Notes under the pieces: model-generated
Databases searched by the model: none
What the model saw: only the letters and a program-made list of their open reading frames with translations
What the model was told of the DNA's origin: nothing
Origin: Octopus vulgaris
Taxonomy: Eukaryota
Assembly (NCBI GenBank): GCA_951406725.2
Contig: OX597820.1
Coordinates: 90,706,001 to 90,770,000 of the forward strand
Length of the DNA stretch: 64,000 bases
Direction: 5' to 3'
In this document: one piece after another, positions 12,968-26,079 of the stretch
Numbering within the stretch: position 1 is the first letter of the stretch
How the letters are laid out: every line of letters begins with the position of its first letter
Made by a program: the position numbers and the translations under genes

Positions 12968-13845
12968 CGTGGTCTAATCAATAATGATCGGGATGGTTTC
13001 CATAGTGACAAATCAAAAGCACGGAGAGTGAAGCCGCTTAGTACAGATTGACTTTGAACTCTGCTGTGCATGTGCACTAAGTTCTAATGCTCTAGGCCAC
13101 TTCAGCTGTCTACAGCTGTACTAGGAAGGAAGGTGTGTATCGTGTGAGCATCTCATTGACCATGACAAAGAAAGTTGAACAGAGAATATGCATCAATTTT
13201 TGCCAAAAGCTTGGCCTTCGCAAAGTTTTATACAGTTTTCATCGTTCTCGACACAATCAAGTAAATCTTGTGCAACTGAAACCCGAGTGTCTTTTTGGTC
13301 AGCTGAAAGCAGTTTTGGCACAAACTTGTCAGACATGCCTCTCATGCCCAAATCTTCAGTGATAATAGACTGAACTGAACCGTAACTATCTGCACACACT
13401 CTGATAACTCACCGATGGTGATTCGAAGTTTTGCCCTCACAGCTGTTCGCACATCCGCGACTTTTTCTCAGCTCTGCTGACTGCGGATCTGCCAGAACGT
13501 TCGTCAATATTGCCATTTTGTCGACCATGTTAGAAACGTCTGAATACCTCGTACGTACATTTGGTGGGGCTCATAAACTCCTCTCCATACACCTTCTACA
13601 ACTTTGCGTAGGCCTTTGAGCAGGAATCGCCATGACAACTTTCTCTGTCATGGTCAGTTCAACGATCACACGCTACACACCTTCCTTCCAAGCACCGCTG
13701 CAAACAGCGGAAGTGAGTCAGCACGTTAAACCTTAGTGCGCTTGCACAGCAGAGATGAAGGTCTATTTTTGCCGAGCGACTTCACTTACTGTACTTTCGA
13801 TTGGTTACTATAACAACAGTCCGTATACTTATTGATCAGACCTTG
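12968..13845. mobile_element. Fold-back mariner derivative built from two transposon 5' ends
   Basis: Both ends read inward ta-c..ggtct.atcaataa and lead to the transposase start MT(K/E)KV (+ strand MTKKVEQRICINFCQKLG). The minus arm continues to SYGSVQSIITEDLGMRGMSDKFVPKLLS (mariner WVPHEL-like). TA flanks on both sides. Confidence 0.85.
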
Positions 13846-14707
13846 TATATGTACATACATATATACATAGACACATACATATACACATACACACACACGT
13901 ATATTCAAACTGGCACACAAACACACACACGAATATAGTTTAGCAGCGAATATGTGTGTGTTTTATATACACCCAATTATGCGTGGTTTCGTAGAAAACA
14001 ACATTCAAACTACGCAAACTGGGCACCGTGTTCGACGGGTGAAGAAGAGCAATGTTTCAGAACTTTTCCATCGGAAATTAAATTGTGAACCGCTGCTGAC
14101 CCTATGATGTATACTGTCGCATGCTAGAAGAACTTGCTAGTAACCTTAACTCAATGTCCGTCATTAACTATTCTTTAAATCCGTTATTCTTTGAATCCGT
14201 TAGTCAATCTAGTGTTTCGTTCTCTCAGCCTTTGGTCATTCCAATTTTATCTATAGCATTTGTACGGTGCCCGACCTACTAACAATAACCATTGCCTAAA
14301 AAGCTTCTGCTGCTAATGTCGATTGGATATTCTTTCGCCGTTCTGTCAACATCTTCACATACTTCAAAACATGTCCTTACCTGTAATTTCTCCAAGTCTG
14401 AGCAACGTCAGTATTATCTTCATGAGTACCTGTTACAGCATCTTTTGGTGAGCTTTTACCATGCATCTGGTCGGGGTTAGATATTTTGAGGAAGATAGGC
14501 ATTTGTTCATGCAAGCAGGTATCTTCTCTCAACGCCAGAGATTATCGTCACAGACGCTGTTGGGAAATCACAATCATCGTGACAGATATAATACGGCATC
14601 TCGTCCGACTCTTTAACACGTCTGCCACTCACCGTCCTGGACTGGTGTTTTACGTCACTCTCTACCAAATCTGAAATTCACATTGTCAGCAGGTGGGGTT
14701 TGAAATC

Positions 14708-15080
14708 AGTGGACTGTGTGGTAAGAAGCTTGCTTCCCAACAATATAGTTTCGAGTTCAGTCCCATTGCGTGGTACCTTGGGCAAGTGTTTTCTTCTACA
14801 GCCTCGGGCCAACCAAAGCCTTGTGAGTGGGTTTGGTCGACTGAAACTGAAGGAAGCCCGTCATATGTGTGAGTGTGTGAGTGTGTGCGTGTATGTGTGT
14901 GTGTACTTGTGTGACTGTGTTCCCCTACCACCATCGTTTGACAATCGATTTTGGTGTGCTTACGTCCCCGTAACTTAGCGGTTCGGCAAAAGAGACCGAT
15001 AGTATAAGTACTAGTCATACAAAGAATAAGCCATGGAATCGATTCGTTCGATTAAAGGTGGTGCTCCAGCATGGCCCAAG
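14708..15080 (+). mobile_element. CORE-type SINE (older copy)
   Basis: gtggactgtgtggtaagaagcttgc...gttcagtccca...accttgggcaagtg...ttagcggttcggcaaaagagaccgatag. Confidence 0.85.
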
Positions 15081-15124
15081 TTATAGAATAAAAAAATATA
15101 TGTATACACATACATATATGTGCT

Positions 15125-15563
15125 CTCAGTTTTCCTCTACCATAACTACTTACTATGCTTTGGTCGGCCCGAAGCTATAGTACAAGACACTTGCCCGAGT
15201 TGCTACGCAGTGGGATTGAATGCAGAACCATGTGCTTGGGAAAGGCGGCGATCTGGCAGAATCGTTAGCACGCCGGCGAAATTCCTTACCGGTATTTCGT
15301 CTGCCGTTACATTCTGTAACCCTTTGTGGGTAGTAAAGAAACAGGTATTTCGTCTGCCGCTACGTTCTGAGTTCAAATTCCGCCGAGGTCGACTTTGCCT
15401 GTCATCCTTTCGGGGCCGATTAAATAAGTACCAGTTACACACTGGGGTCGATATAATCGACTTAATCCATTTGTCTGTTCTTGTTTGCCATCTCTGTGTG
15501 TAGACCCTTGTGAGCAGTAAAGAAATAAAAGCCATGTGGCTGGGAAGCAAGCTTCTTACCACA
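15125..15563 (-). mobile_element. CORE-type SINE 5' half, interrupted by a nested SINE
   Basis: 15125-15242 and 15532-15563 rejoin into one SINE head on the minus strand. Confidence 0.75.
15244..15530 (+). mobile_element. Nin/Deu-like SINE nested in a CORE-type SINE with ~15-bp target-site duplication
   Basis: Flanked by ccatgtgcttgggaa (15228-15242) and ccatgtggctgggaa (15532-15546). Confidence 0.85.
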
Positions 15564-15644
15564 AATTAAAGCATAGTCTGGTTTTCACGTTTTTTTATTA
15601 TGGTATTTAAACATCAAAATTATTTTGTTATGTTCATACAGTTT

Positions 15645-15682
15645 AATTAGCACTTTCATACGTTCGTAGTAATCATCAGATT
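15645..15682 (-). ncRNA. Degenerate minimal hammerhead motif downstream of a PLE endonuclease
   Basis: AAT-CTGATGA-tTACtacgaacGTAt-GAAA-GTGC-TA^ATT; stems are short (3 bp). Confidence 0.35.
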
Positions 15683-15895
15683 TCAAAATGTATTTTATTG
15701 ACAGTTGATTTCTTGAACGCTCCAAGAAGCTGAATATTTGGAATACGGTTTTGACCAATCCGCATGCAGATTAAACATTACGGTTTGCCGGGCGTACTGA
15801 TATTCTGTAAATTTGTTTATATTCATATGTTACAGATATTTTTTAATCCTCATCATTAACTGGTTGTTATATTATTGTTGTTATATCTGTTCAGA

Positions 15896-16600
15896 TCATA
15901 TTTGAATGAACTGTTTTACTTTTATCTTACTTACAATCTCACTTGTATCATGTAGTTTGTGGAAAAGAAAAATTAGAAACATTTTCTGACCAAATGTTTC
16001 TATATGCTCGCTCAATGGAATTTGGCGAACGTTGGTGTACCGAATTTGTTTTCTGTAGACTTGTGAGCGTTCCGATAATATATTCCCTGTTTTGCCTATA
16101 TATAGTTCCTCGCAATTCGGACAATTAATGCAGTAGATCAAATTTCTGCTTTTTGCAGTTCATATCTGCATTTCCAAAAATCTGTCCAATTTTTGTTCCA
16201 ATGGCTTTAGCAGTATGACACGTTCAACATCTATTATCATTACACTTTCATACTGTGAATCCTTTGTCCTGTTTGTTCATGTTGAATTTTACCTTTATTA
16301 ATATTTTCTTTAGATTATGTGGCTGCCTTTTGCTTAAGATAAGTGTTCGATTAGTCATTACGTTTTTAATTTTTCACTTTGTTTTCTAATCGGCAAATTT
16401 GTTTTGACGATGTTCAAGTTATTTTCGTGATGCCGATCGTATGGTACTAGAAATGGTATTTTGCTCCGTTGATAGGTCCGTCTTTTGCGTGTTGTCCTAA
16501 GTTGCTCTACAGGTATCACGTTTGCTCGTTGTATGCTATTTTCTACATGTAGGAGAGGATTATTTCGCTAGATCAGAAATCCTTTGAGTTCTATAAGTCG
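15896..16600 (-). mobile_element. PLE 3' portion: Cys linker plus GIY-YIG endonuclease, pseudogenised
   Basis: KRQPHNLKKIL...CNDNRC*TC...ADMNCK/SRNLIYCINCPNCEELYIGKTGNILSER...HIETFG (ORF 15896-16141). Confidence 0.85.
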
Positions 16601-16869
16601 TGTAGTTATGGTATTGTACTAAAGTACAATTTTTATTGAGTAGACAGTACGGGATGTTGCATTTTGTGTGTGTTGGGTGGCATGATTTGAAATTTAGGTA
16701 CTGGTGTGTAATAGCAATAAAAATCGTGAAAACCAAACCATCTTTTAATCTTAATCAACTGATATATTCTATACACATTCACACAAATTCTGAATATATA
16801 TATACATATGTACATATATATGTGTGTGTGTATTTATCTCTCTCTGTATATATATAAATATATAAATAA

Positions 16870-16951
<82 letters not shown>

Positions 16952-16986
16952 TAAGGAAAAGGAAGCAGTCAGTATTCTGGATAATT

Positions 16987-17033
16987 CTTTATTTAGCGGT
17001 TTCATCCATTCATGAGGATTTTTCAAAGTAAAG
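16987..17033 (-). ncRNA. Type I hammerhead motif with U3-A8 core variant
   Basis: CTTTACT-TTGAAAA-ATCC-tcatgaat-GGAT-GAAA-CCGC-TA^AATAAAG; stem II pairs 4 of 4, stem I 6 of 7, and stem III is one substitution from the palindrome ACCGGT. Confidence 0.55.
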
Positions 17034-17064
17034 CGTACATCACTTGAAACACTCTATATATACA

Positions 17065-17155
<91 letters not shown>

Positions 17156-17849
17156 ACGCGCACATACACAAGCTCACACATACACACAATAATCCATTAT
17201 TGTAGAACGGAATGCATCAATAAAAGGAAATTCGCCGTTGTTAGGCATTCTACAGCTCTAGTATTATTCAAAACTATTCAGCTATGAATGGGACGTTAAG
17301 CGTGACATCAAGCATGTTGATTAATCAACATGTTACTTCTCGTTTGTTTATTTGGTTTGCCTGACGAGTTGAGAGTTGCGAAACATACTGCGTAATTCTT
17401 GTGGATGCTGTGCTTATTGCATTGCTAGCTTTACTATGTAGTCTCTTTTCTCGTAATTCTGCTGCAGTTTTGGTATATATAAAATCACTTTACTCGTCTG
17501 CGCGAGCATTTGGTTATTTCATTTAAACAAACGTAATTCTGAAACAATGTCGAAGAGGAAGCGAAACCTTGATCATAATGAAACTAAATTATGAAGATCT
17601 ATAAATTTTAGTATCAAAACAAATAAGAGACCGTTCGTAAGTCGTGGAATTTCCTTGGGTTCTGTCAGTTCATTATTATCTATTCTCCAATAATCCAATT
17701 ATATCTGCTTTGATATTAGAGAGAAATATGCGGTAGACTTAGTACATAGATGTTATATGTTCATAAGGCTGTTTGTTCACATCGCTGTTTGTTCACATCG
17801 CCATATACACGTCTTTGAACTTGATTTCGCTTCGATTATTCATGAATGT

Positions 17850-20800
17850 GTGCATATGTGATTCCGTTTAAAGTTTTGCACTGGTAATCCAATAAAGAGG
17901 GATCAGATGTTAGCTTAGCATATAATTGATTCTAAATACCTTTTCTTTTCCGTCTTTTAGTATACAGTTCTGAGAAAAAATTTAAAAGATAGCTTTTTGC
18001 TTGTAAGCACGAAATATGGTTTGTTGAGAAATTGTGGCGATGAATACGTCAGAAGGAAGTGAGATGGAAAGTGAGTGGGATGAGGCCAGTAATTTTGAAG
18101 AAGGGATAAGTCAATTACTTTGGCATAGAATGTATTTTATCAACTCCGAATGATAGAATGCAATGTTCTCAAAGACAACAAATATGTTTTGTGGTCTTCA
18201 TTACCTAAAACTTCATAAGAAAACTGAAACATGTGTGGAGGTATCTTCACCATTTGCTATAACAAAATATTTTCTGTCTCTGTGAGAAAAGAAAAAGTTA
18301 TTACTTCTGCAAAATTAATTCTGTTAGCCTATGCATTCAATATATTAAAACTAACTTCACTTTGTCCGGATGAACAAACATTCAGAAGCAGAAGTAACTC
18401 TTACATACATAATATACATGCATACATACAGGCTATCAGACGCACACCCATACATTTACTTTCATTAAATTGAGGCGTTTTTACCTCTTGAGAGGATGTC
18501 TGTTTGCTAGGCTTCTGGCGCCATAGCTAAGGTTATGTGTTGCTGTTAATGGTGTTGTGCTAGAACAACTGACCACAAGAACATAACATGTTTCCCTAGA
18601 CAAAACACTAATACAAATATAATTATATTGTTCATTGCTAAATTCACCCATGCGAAATCTATCATGTGTGACTGCTGTAGTTCTAACAAGGAAACAGAAT
18701 GTTCGTTTCGGTATATAAAGGGAAATGATCCTCTTAACATAACGGATTTAGAAAATTGTTTTATGATATGCAGAATACTTCAGTTACAGCAACAATAACA
18801 ACAAGAATCAACTTGGTATGTGCTCAACTAAGGTTCTATGTATTATTTCATTGATTTCAGTGTTTGAATTGTGGCGTTGCTGGGGCACATATTTCACGGG
18901 TTTTAACCATCATGTTGTAACCATTATTTATTTCCTTTTGCAATATATTTCATCGAATAAATATGTATTTACCAGTTTATCGAGAAGAGTGCAATTCCAT
19001 GCGCTATCGCGTGCCGTTATAAAGACACGTAGACATGCACATACATATTAGATGGGCCCCACACAGTTTCTACCCACAAAATCCCACTCATAGGGAACGA
19101 GGCCAACGAGGGTACAACAGATTACGCCCAACAGACGGCTCAAACCCACACTCGTATGTTTCTCTAGCAAATCATAGAACCACGAAGCTATTCAGGTACA
19201 TTTATATATAAATTATATTAACAATTATATATAAAAAATAACTTATATGAAAATATTATAAAGTGACAAATAACATTTGGCAAGCAAAGTAGGTTGTTTG
19301 AATCGAAATAAAATAACTTACAACAAAATATAAATATAAACACTGAAAACTGAAAACTGTACATATGAAGCTTTGAAAAGAAACACGATAGCTTGATTTT
19401 TAGTTTTATTATCGAAATCTTTCGGATAAAATTTTGTTAAAAATAATTTACCAAGATATCTTCATAGTTAAAAGTAGAATGGTTATCAATAACTTGGAAT
19501 ATGAAATGAAACGTTTTAGCTTTTATTTTGTCGAAGTTGGCAAGGAAACATATATCTAATATATTGATGTTTCAGAATGTAGTGAAATACATTGATCCAG
19601 CAGTTTGCAAGATCAATACCCAACAGAACTCATGTTGTTTGATTCAACACATACTACAATTAGATTTTGCATTAATACTTTAAATAAATGTTGAAGGAAG
19701 TAAAAGCTGTTTAGCTTTAAATCTTCAATATGCTAAAGATATAAATTTTATTTCCATATTTATATTTATGTTCAGTTGTCTTTAATAGGATTTACAATTT
19801 AGATTCTCATTCTTGAAACTCTGTGGGATCTCAATTATATGTTATAAATTGTACAGGCAATATGCATTAAACTTTCTGTTTTACATAATATGTTTTACAT
19901 AATATCTTTATTCTATTAATAGCGTCTTTCTTGCTGAAGGTTACATGTTTATGGCGCTTCACCTTTTACAAACAAGAGCAATCAGATCGTTACGCAACAA
20001 TTTAAATTTATTAAAAAAGAATGCATTTATTATATTGTTTTAATATTTTAAGTAATATCAAAATTAATTTACAACTATTAACATAATAACTGCCATAAAA
20101 AGAAGCAGAGGAGCAAAATAAATATGTATATAACTACAGAATACCATCCTCCCTCTCTCCTCCCCCCACTCTCTCTGCCTAATTTTATAACACTCTTCCT
20201 GCGTTAAAGATGTCTATTCTTTCATCCCTTCACATAGCTACCAGGTAACATTAGAAAGCGCATGTAACGCTTTAAAAACCTAAGTATTTGCTCCGTGCTT
20301 AACGAAAATGTCAAGTCCCGACCACCAAGTCATTGCGGCATATTGTTTCGGTGTCAGTCCGTTCTGGAGCCACACAAGAGATTTTAGTCACCAGGTTTCA
20401 TCAATTATTTCTGCAAGTATTTAAATAGGCAACTTCGAAAACATTTACGTGATCGCTCGGTCAACAAGAAATAATAGCTAAATTGATATTGTTATGATAT
20501 TGTCCCACAAATGTTTTGTTTATATATGTTTAAAGAGGATAAGATATGATTCGAAGCTGATATGGTTTCTATTTACATTTGACCAAGGAACAACATAAAA
20601 AATCTCTCCCGCCTTTCCCTCTCTCTATCGTTGTAGAAATTAGCTTTGTTGCTGTTATAGTTTAGTCTCAATTAGCCCTGACTGAGCAAATTGTGACTCA
20701 TGCAGCCCTGATTGAGTAGATTATAAACAAAGACAGTCAACGCAAGAACATTTTGACTGTTTTGGGCTGCTAGGGAATACTACACTATCCAGCGCTTCTT

Positions 20801-22190
20801 TCTCTTTTCTAAGGTAACTATGTGTGATTGCAAAGAAATTTAGCTGCGTTTTCTCGCGTGTCGGGTGACTACATGGAAGCCTTTTCATTAGAGAGATCTG
20901 CTGTGGTTTGACTTTAGATTGACGCTGAGAATTAAACCAATACTTAAAACCATTGCTTCCTTGAAAATTTCATTTTATTTGTATTTATGTATGGTATCTA
21001 ATATGTTATGTCCTTGTGTAAGACAACAGAATGTACTTTTGAGATCGATTTGGTAGCTATTTCTAATAAATCATCGGTTCAGACTCTAGCATTATAGTTT
21101 AGTGAACAGCCTAAAGTGTACTTTGATAAATTTTGTCAGAATAACTTCTTACTCTTGATAGGGGTCAACAAACCAATATTAACGAACACAGGTTGCAGCC
21201 CGCTTACTTAGTGGCTGCACGCAGTATTTGATAAATTGATAAGTGACTTCTTAGTTATTTATGACGGATTAATTCTGTAAGTGAAACAGTGTCAATCACT
21301 TATATGTTTAGAAAGTTTATTTGTTTAGTGGCATGAACCTTGGTTTGACATCTAACGTTGAACCTGTTTGGAGGCATCTATCATTAACCATCTTGTTTGT
21401 ATGATTCTTTTATCAACAAAGTTTGTCTCCTTCAAAAGCTTGGTCAAAATGATCTGACCTGGTAGTTATCTATTGCCACAGTCACATAACTATAAATATG
21501 TCAGTTTATTATAGAATATTCTAGATTTAATATAGCCGTATATTTCACTCTATGCAATTCTACTGACAAATGTTTCATTGGTTCAGAATAGCAACACATT
21601 ATGAATGTCGCAAATGGAAATATAATGACGAGATATATTGGATTGTAAAGAATAGAAATTGTCTGATTAACATACATCCATATTGATAATAGCAGGAAAA
21701 GGCTTTGTCCATGTTGTTATCTGCTACATCAATTCCATTTTAAAGCAAAATATATGTTAATAAAACAATACATTGACTACTATATTGGTACACTAGAAAA
21801 TGCATTAGCAACATAGTTTATATATATATATATATTTCTATGTTAATAAAGCTATATATTGACCGTTAGATCGGTACACTATTACAGTAGAAAAACAATT
21901 TGACAAGCTAGCTGTTCCGTGATTAACGTATATTGCAGGAACTTATTTATAAAGGTTTCTCTCCGTGTTAAGTTGTAGTGTAACGAATGTTGCAGGAAAT
22001 GTTTTCTGATGTCTACTTATTATTAAAAGCATATTTAGAGTTAAATGTTCGTCCATGTTGTGGTTGTTGTCGACGTTTATGTCAAGGTCAACGCTATAAT
22101 CTTTGCCACTGTACTTTATTTTCTCAGGCATATATAAAATATTTCGAGATGCCATTTGTAGGAAGGTTACAGCTTTGTTCTGGCAGTGTC
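17850..22190 (-). pseudogene. Possible decayed multi-immunoglobulin-domain gene (tentative)
   Basis: Microsatellite-poor unique sequence with several Ig F-strand-like motifs on the minus strand: LDYQCKTLNGITYAHI (~17880), NNMSSVGY*SCKL (~19610), DNNMDKAFSCYYQYG (~21695), HGRTFNSKYAF..SENISCNIRY (~21995). Many stops. Confidence 0.25.
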
Positions 22191-22369
22191 TGATTTATGA
22201 GATAGGCTTTATAAAGGTTTTACTATTGTGCATGTGTGTGCTTATACACACGCACACTAACACACGCACAAAGACACACACACACACGATTTGATTTGAT
22301 CTAGTTTCAGCTAATTTGGTGTTGCTACATAATTTTTACTTCTCTAATCGTTTTTAAAAATTGACATTT

Positions 22370-22940
22370 GGCGTATGAGAGAGTTTGATGTCATTGCCCT
22401 CCTCTGCACTTTCTGCTGAGAAGTTGGTCATCTGGGACACCTACATCCACCCCGTGCAGATCTCTCAGGTCCCACACAAGGATATTGAAGAGCTATGGTC
22501 CCTTAAAACCCAGCCTGCTGCAGTATCTTGTTCTATAGCTTGATGGCAAATTTGCCGTCCTTACCACTAAGCAGTGGCGCCCTGTTCAAGTATTAGTGTA
22601 ACTCTCGATGCCAAAAGTTTGGAACAAGTCCCTTCAGGATCTTCTAGATGTATATCAAGGCATATCTTTCCCCCCTGCACTCTAAAAAATAGAGTGTTAA
22701 TCTCTTGAGTCTTTCCCAGTGGCTTATATGCTGCATAGAGGGTATCTTCTTCGTGTAGCTTCGTTGGATTGCCTCAAGTTCTGCAATTCATTTGAGACTG
22801 GTTGGTGATCATAGCTGGGAGCAGTAGTTAAAGTGGCTTAGGACAAGTGCCCTCCAGTGTACCATCATGTTTTCCCGGTCTAAAATCTCCAAGATCCCAT
22901 CTGGTGAGCCGCCTGCATTTCATTTGACAACTTAGCAACA

Positions 22941-22945
<5 letters not shown>
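22370..22945 (-). mobile_element. CR1/L2-group LINE 3' end remnant
   Basis: [14 protein letters not shown]...ELEAIQRSYTKKIPSMQHISHWERLKRL...ERYALIYI*KILKGLVPN is typical of the CR1-group ORF2 C-terminus. Confidence 0.75.
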
Positions 22946-23006
<61 letters not shown>

Positions 23007-23053
23007 TAGACAGATAGATAGATAGATTGATAGATAGATAGATCGAAAGATAC

Positions 23054-23169
<116 letters not shown>

Positions 23170-23902
23170 GTAGATAGATAGATAGATAGATATATGTAGA
23201 TAGATACACTTATTTAGGAATAGATGCGTGGTGTTCAATCATATAATAATATAAATAAAATATCGCCTTCACCACCTTATCCCGTCTGGCTTAGCAGCCC
23301 TGACTATTTGTTTCACAGTCATGTTTTTGGAAGCAACTTTGACCCCCCGCAAAATCACTAAATTTATTTTGGTTTGCGGGAGCAACTGTCTTCTCGAAGG
23401 CATATATTGTCGTTAATTACTCGAAAAGTGGAGTAGAAAAACAACCAACAGCTTACTCGTCTTATTTTCCATTTGTTTCCCTCGCTGTTCGCAAAAAATA
23501 GTTTGTCTTGGTATTTCATGTTGTTTACATTTTGTGACATCCTGTACCCATATATGCATATGTATATACATATATATGTCAGTATTTATATATATGTGGC
23601 TAATAAAGAAACATATATATATATATATATAAATTAATAATAAATATTAGGGAATAAATCCAAACTTACAGGGACAAATCAGATTTAGGATTGAATCCAA
23701 TTTATAGTAAAATAGTCTTTCTTTGTTTGATTTGCATAATAGTGGTTTTGTCTCTAATTTATATAATATATATATATATAGGTGAGTATTGTAGTTCGCT
23801 TGAAGCATTGTATATTGTTTGTAAACAATAATAATAATGTGTTTTGAATGGCACAACAATGCCTTATTACTATTTATTATCCATATACCTATCTATCCGT
23901 CC

Positions 23903-23970
<68 letters not shown>

Positions 23971-24186
23971 ATTTATCTATCTATCTATCTGTATGTATGT
24001 ATGCATGTATTATGTATAGTTATATATATTTCAAAAGTTACATAGAGAAGGGAAAAATAGATGAAAATTGAGTGGAAACATCACGGACAGAGGAAGGAGA
24101 TTACACGATACACGGAACACTCGCAGCTTATTTTCTCCTCAGTTGTTATCCGAGACATCATTGTGGTTTCGCGCTATATACATACA

Positions 24187-24307
<121 letters not shown>

Positions 24308-25211
24308 ATGTATATATATATATATGTATATATACATATATATATAATATATATATACATATATATAATATATATCTATATGTATGTATATATTATGTAC
24401 ATCTCAATAAATACATCTTTATATATATAAATATATATATATGTATGTATGTTTATGTATTATGTGTGTGTTTCGGTGTGATTCTGTGTGCAAATTACAA
24501 ATGCCATAAACTTGCTCTCCTCATTCTGAATGAATCTAGTCCCATTTTTCTACTAGCTATAATGACGGAGAGTTTTTGTACTGATGACGGTTATTAAAAT
24601 AGAAATAAACGTCAGTGACTACCCTCTGTTTCTTCAGGCAATAACTCTATCCTTATTTCTAATTTCAATGTCGGTTTGGGGGCATTCTTAAATTTTTTGA
24701 TTATCTCCCTTCCTCAAGTACAGCTGTTTGTAATTGCCATCTCTTATGCTATACCCTATTAATATGTAGATAATTCTAATAAATTAAGAATTTATGCCGT
24801 ATAGCATTTGATATACGTTTATTTACATGCATATATACGTGAGCAGAAGTATGCATTTGTATGCAGTTATATCCACACTCACGCAAAATCTCTATTTTAC
24901 GTGCAGCTTGTGCTATGGAAAAAGGTTTAATATCAGTTACATTAGAGATGACAATACCTCCATACCTTTCGACTACTCTTGCCAATAATGCCAAATAGCG
25001 ATGAGGTTTCCTGAGAATATCCGGGTTATTTGAACCCACACTGCTACGCACTTTCCAACTACTCATCTCTTCATCCACAGCAGCAATTTATGTGGAGTTA
25101 CATCCGTTCATGCACTTACCTCATGTATATTTTGCACATCATTGCATTTTACCATTATGATATATATAAATATGCGCACATATGCGTTTATATATATGTA
25201 TATATATATAT

Positions 25212-25246
<35 letters not shown>

Positions 25247-25984
25247 GATAGACATGTGTATGTATGTATACGTACTCATATATATGTGTGTGTTTGTGTA
25301 TGCGTGTATAGATGCATATATATGTACAAATATGTACACAGGCATACACATATATATATACACACATTCATATTTACCTATAGGCATATATGTAAACTTA
25401 CATACAGGAGGCTACGTAAACTGACGTTAATAATAAGTTATAGTTTTCAAATTTAGAAGTCCTTTGGTCTTTATCTTTTGGGTAGGTAGCAATAATTATA
25501 GATAGCAATAATTTTATAATTATGGGTAATTATAGTTAATTATATGCAATAGTAATTACATAATACTCCTGCTATTTCTAGTGGTCGCTTGCTTGGTGAG
25601 TTCCTCTTGCGACGTAGACTTAATGTAAACCCCATCCCTTGATGTAAAGAGGGTGTAATTTTAATGATTTTAATTAATTAATAATTCTTGGCTCACTACA
25701 CTTGGTACGCTAGCACCAGCTTAAATACGAGAAGTATGTTTCGGACATAGATTGTGTGTAGTGTCACAGATGAAATATGAACCGTCGACCCTTTACTTAT
25801 TAGGCTGGCATTGATAAGAATATTTTCTCTAATAAATTCACATCGTAATGATATTATAAGTTTTGAAATTTATCACTGCCCTTATAATTTAAGCAATTAC
25901 ATAAAATATAAAATATATGGCTGCTACATTGCGGAAAGGCCATTTAATAACATATACACACGTACTTGTTACGTTCACTTTTAG

Positions 25985-26079
25985 TTTATTTCATGTCGTA
26001 TCAAAAGTTTCGTCGTACAACTGGGACTCGGTCACAGACACAGTCGTGCAACAAAAACTGTGCGAACTCATGAAATAAA
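25985..26079. repeat. ~95-bp imperfect inverted repeat (MITE-like hairpin)
   Basis: tttatttcatg / catgaaataaa termini and inner agtttcgtcgtacaactg / cagtcgtgcaacaaaaact arms. Confidence 0.55.
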
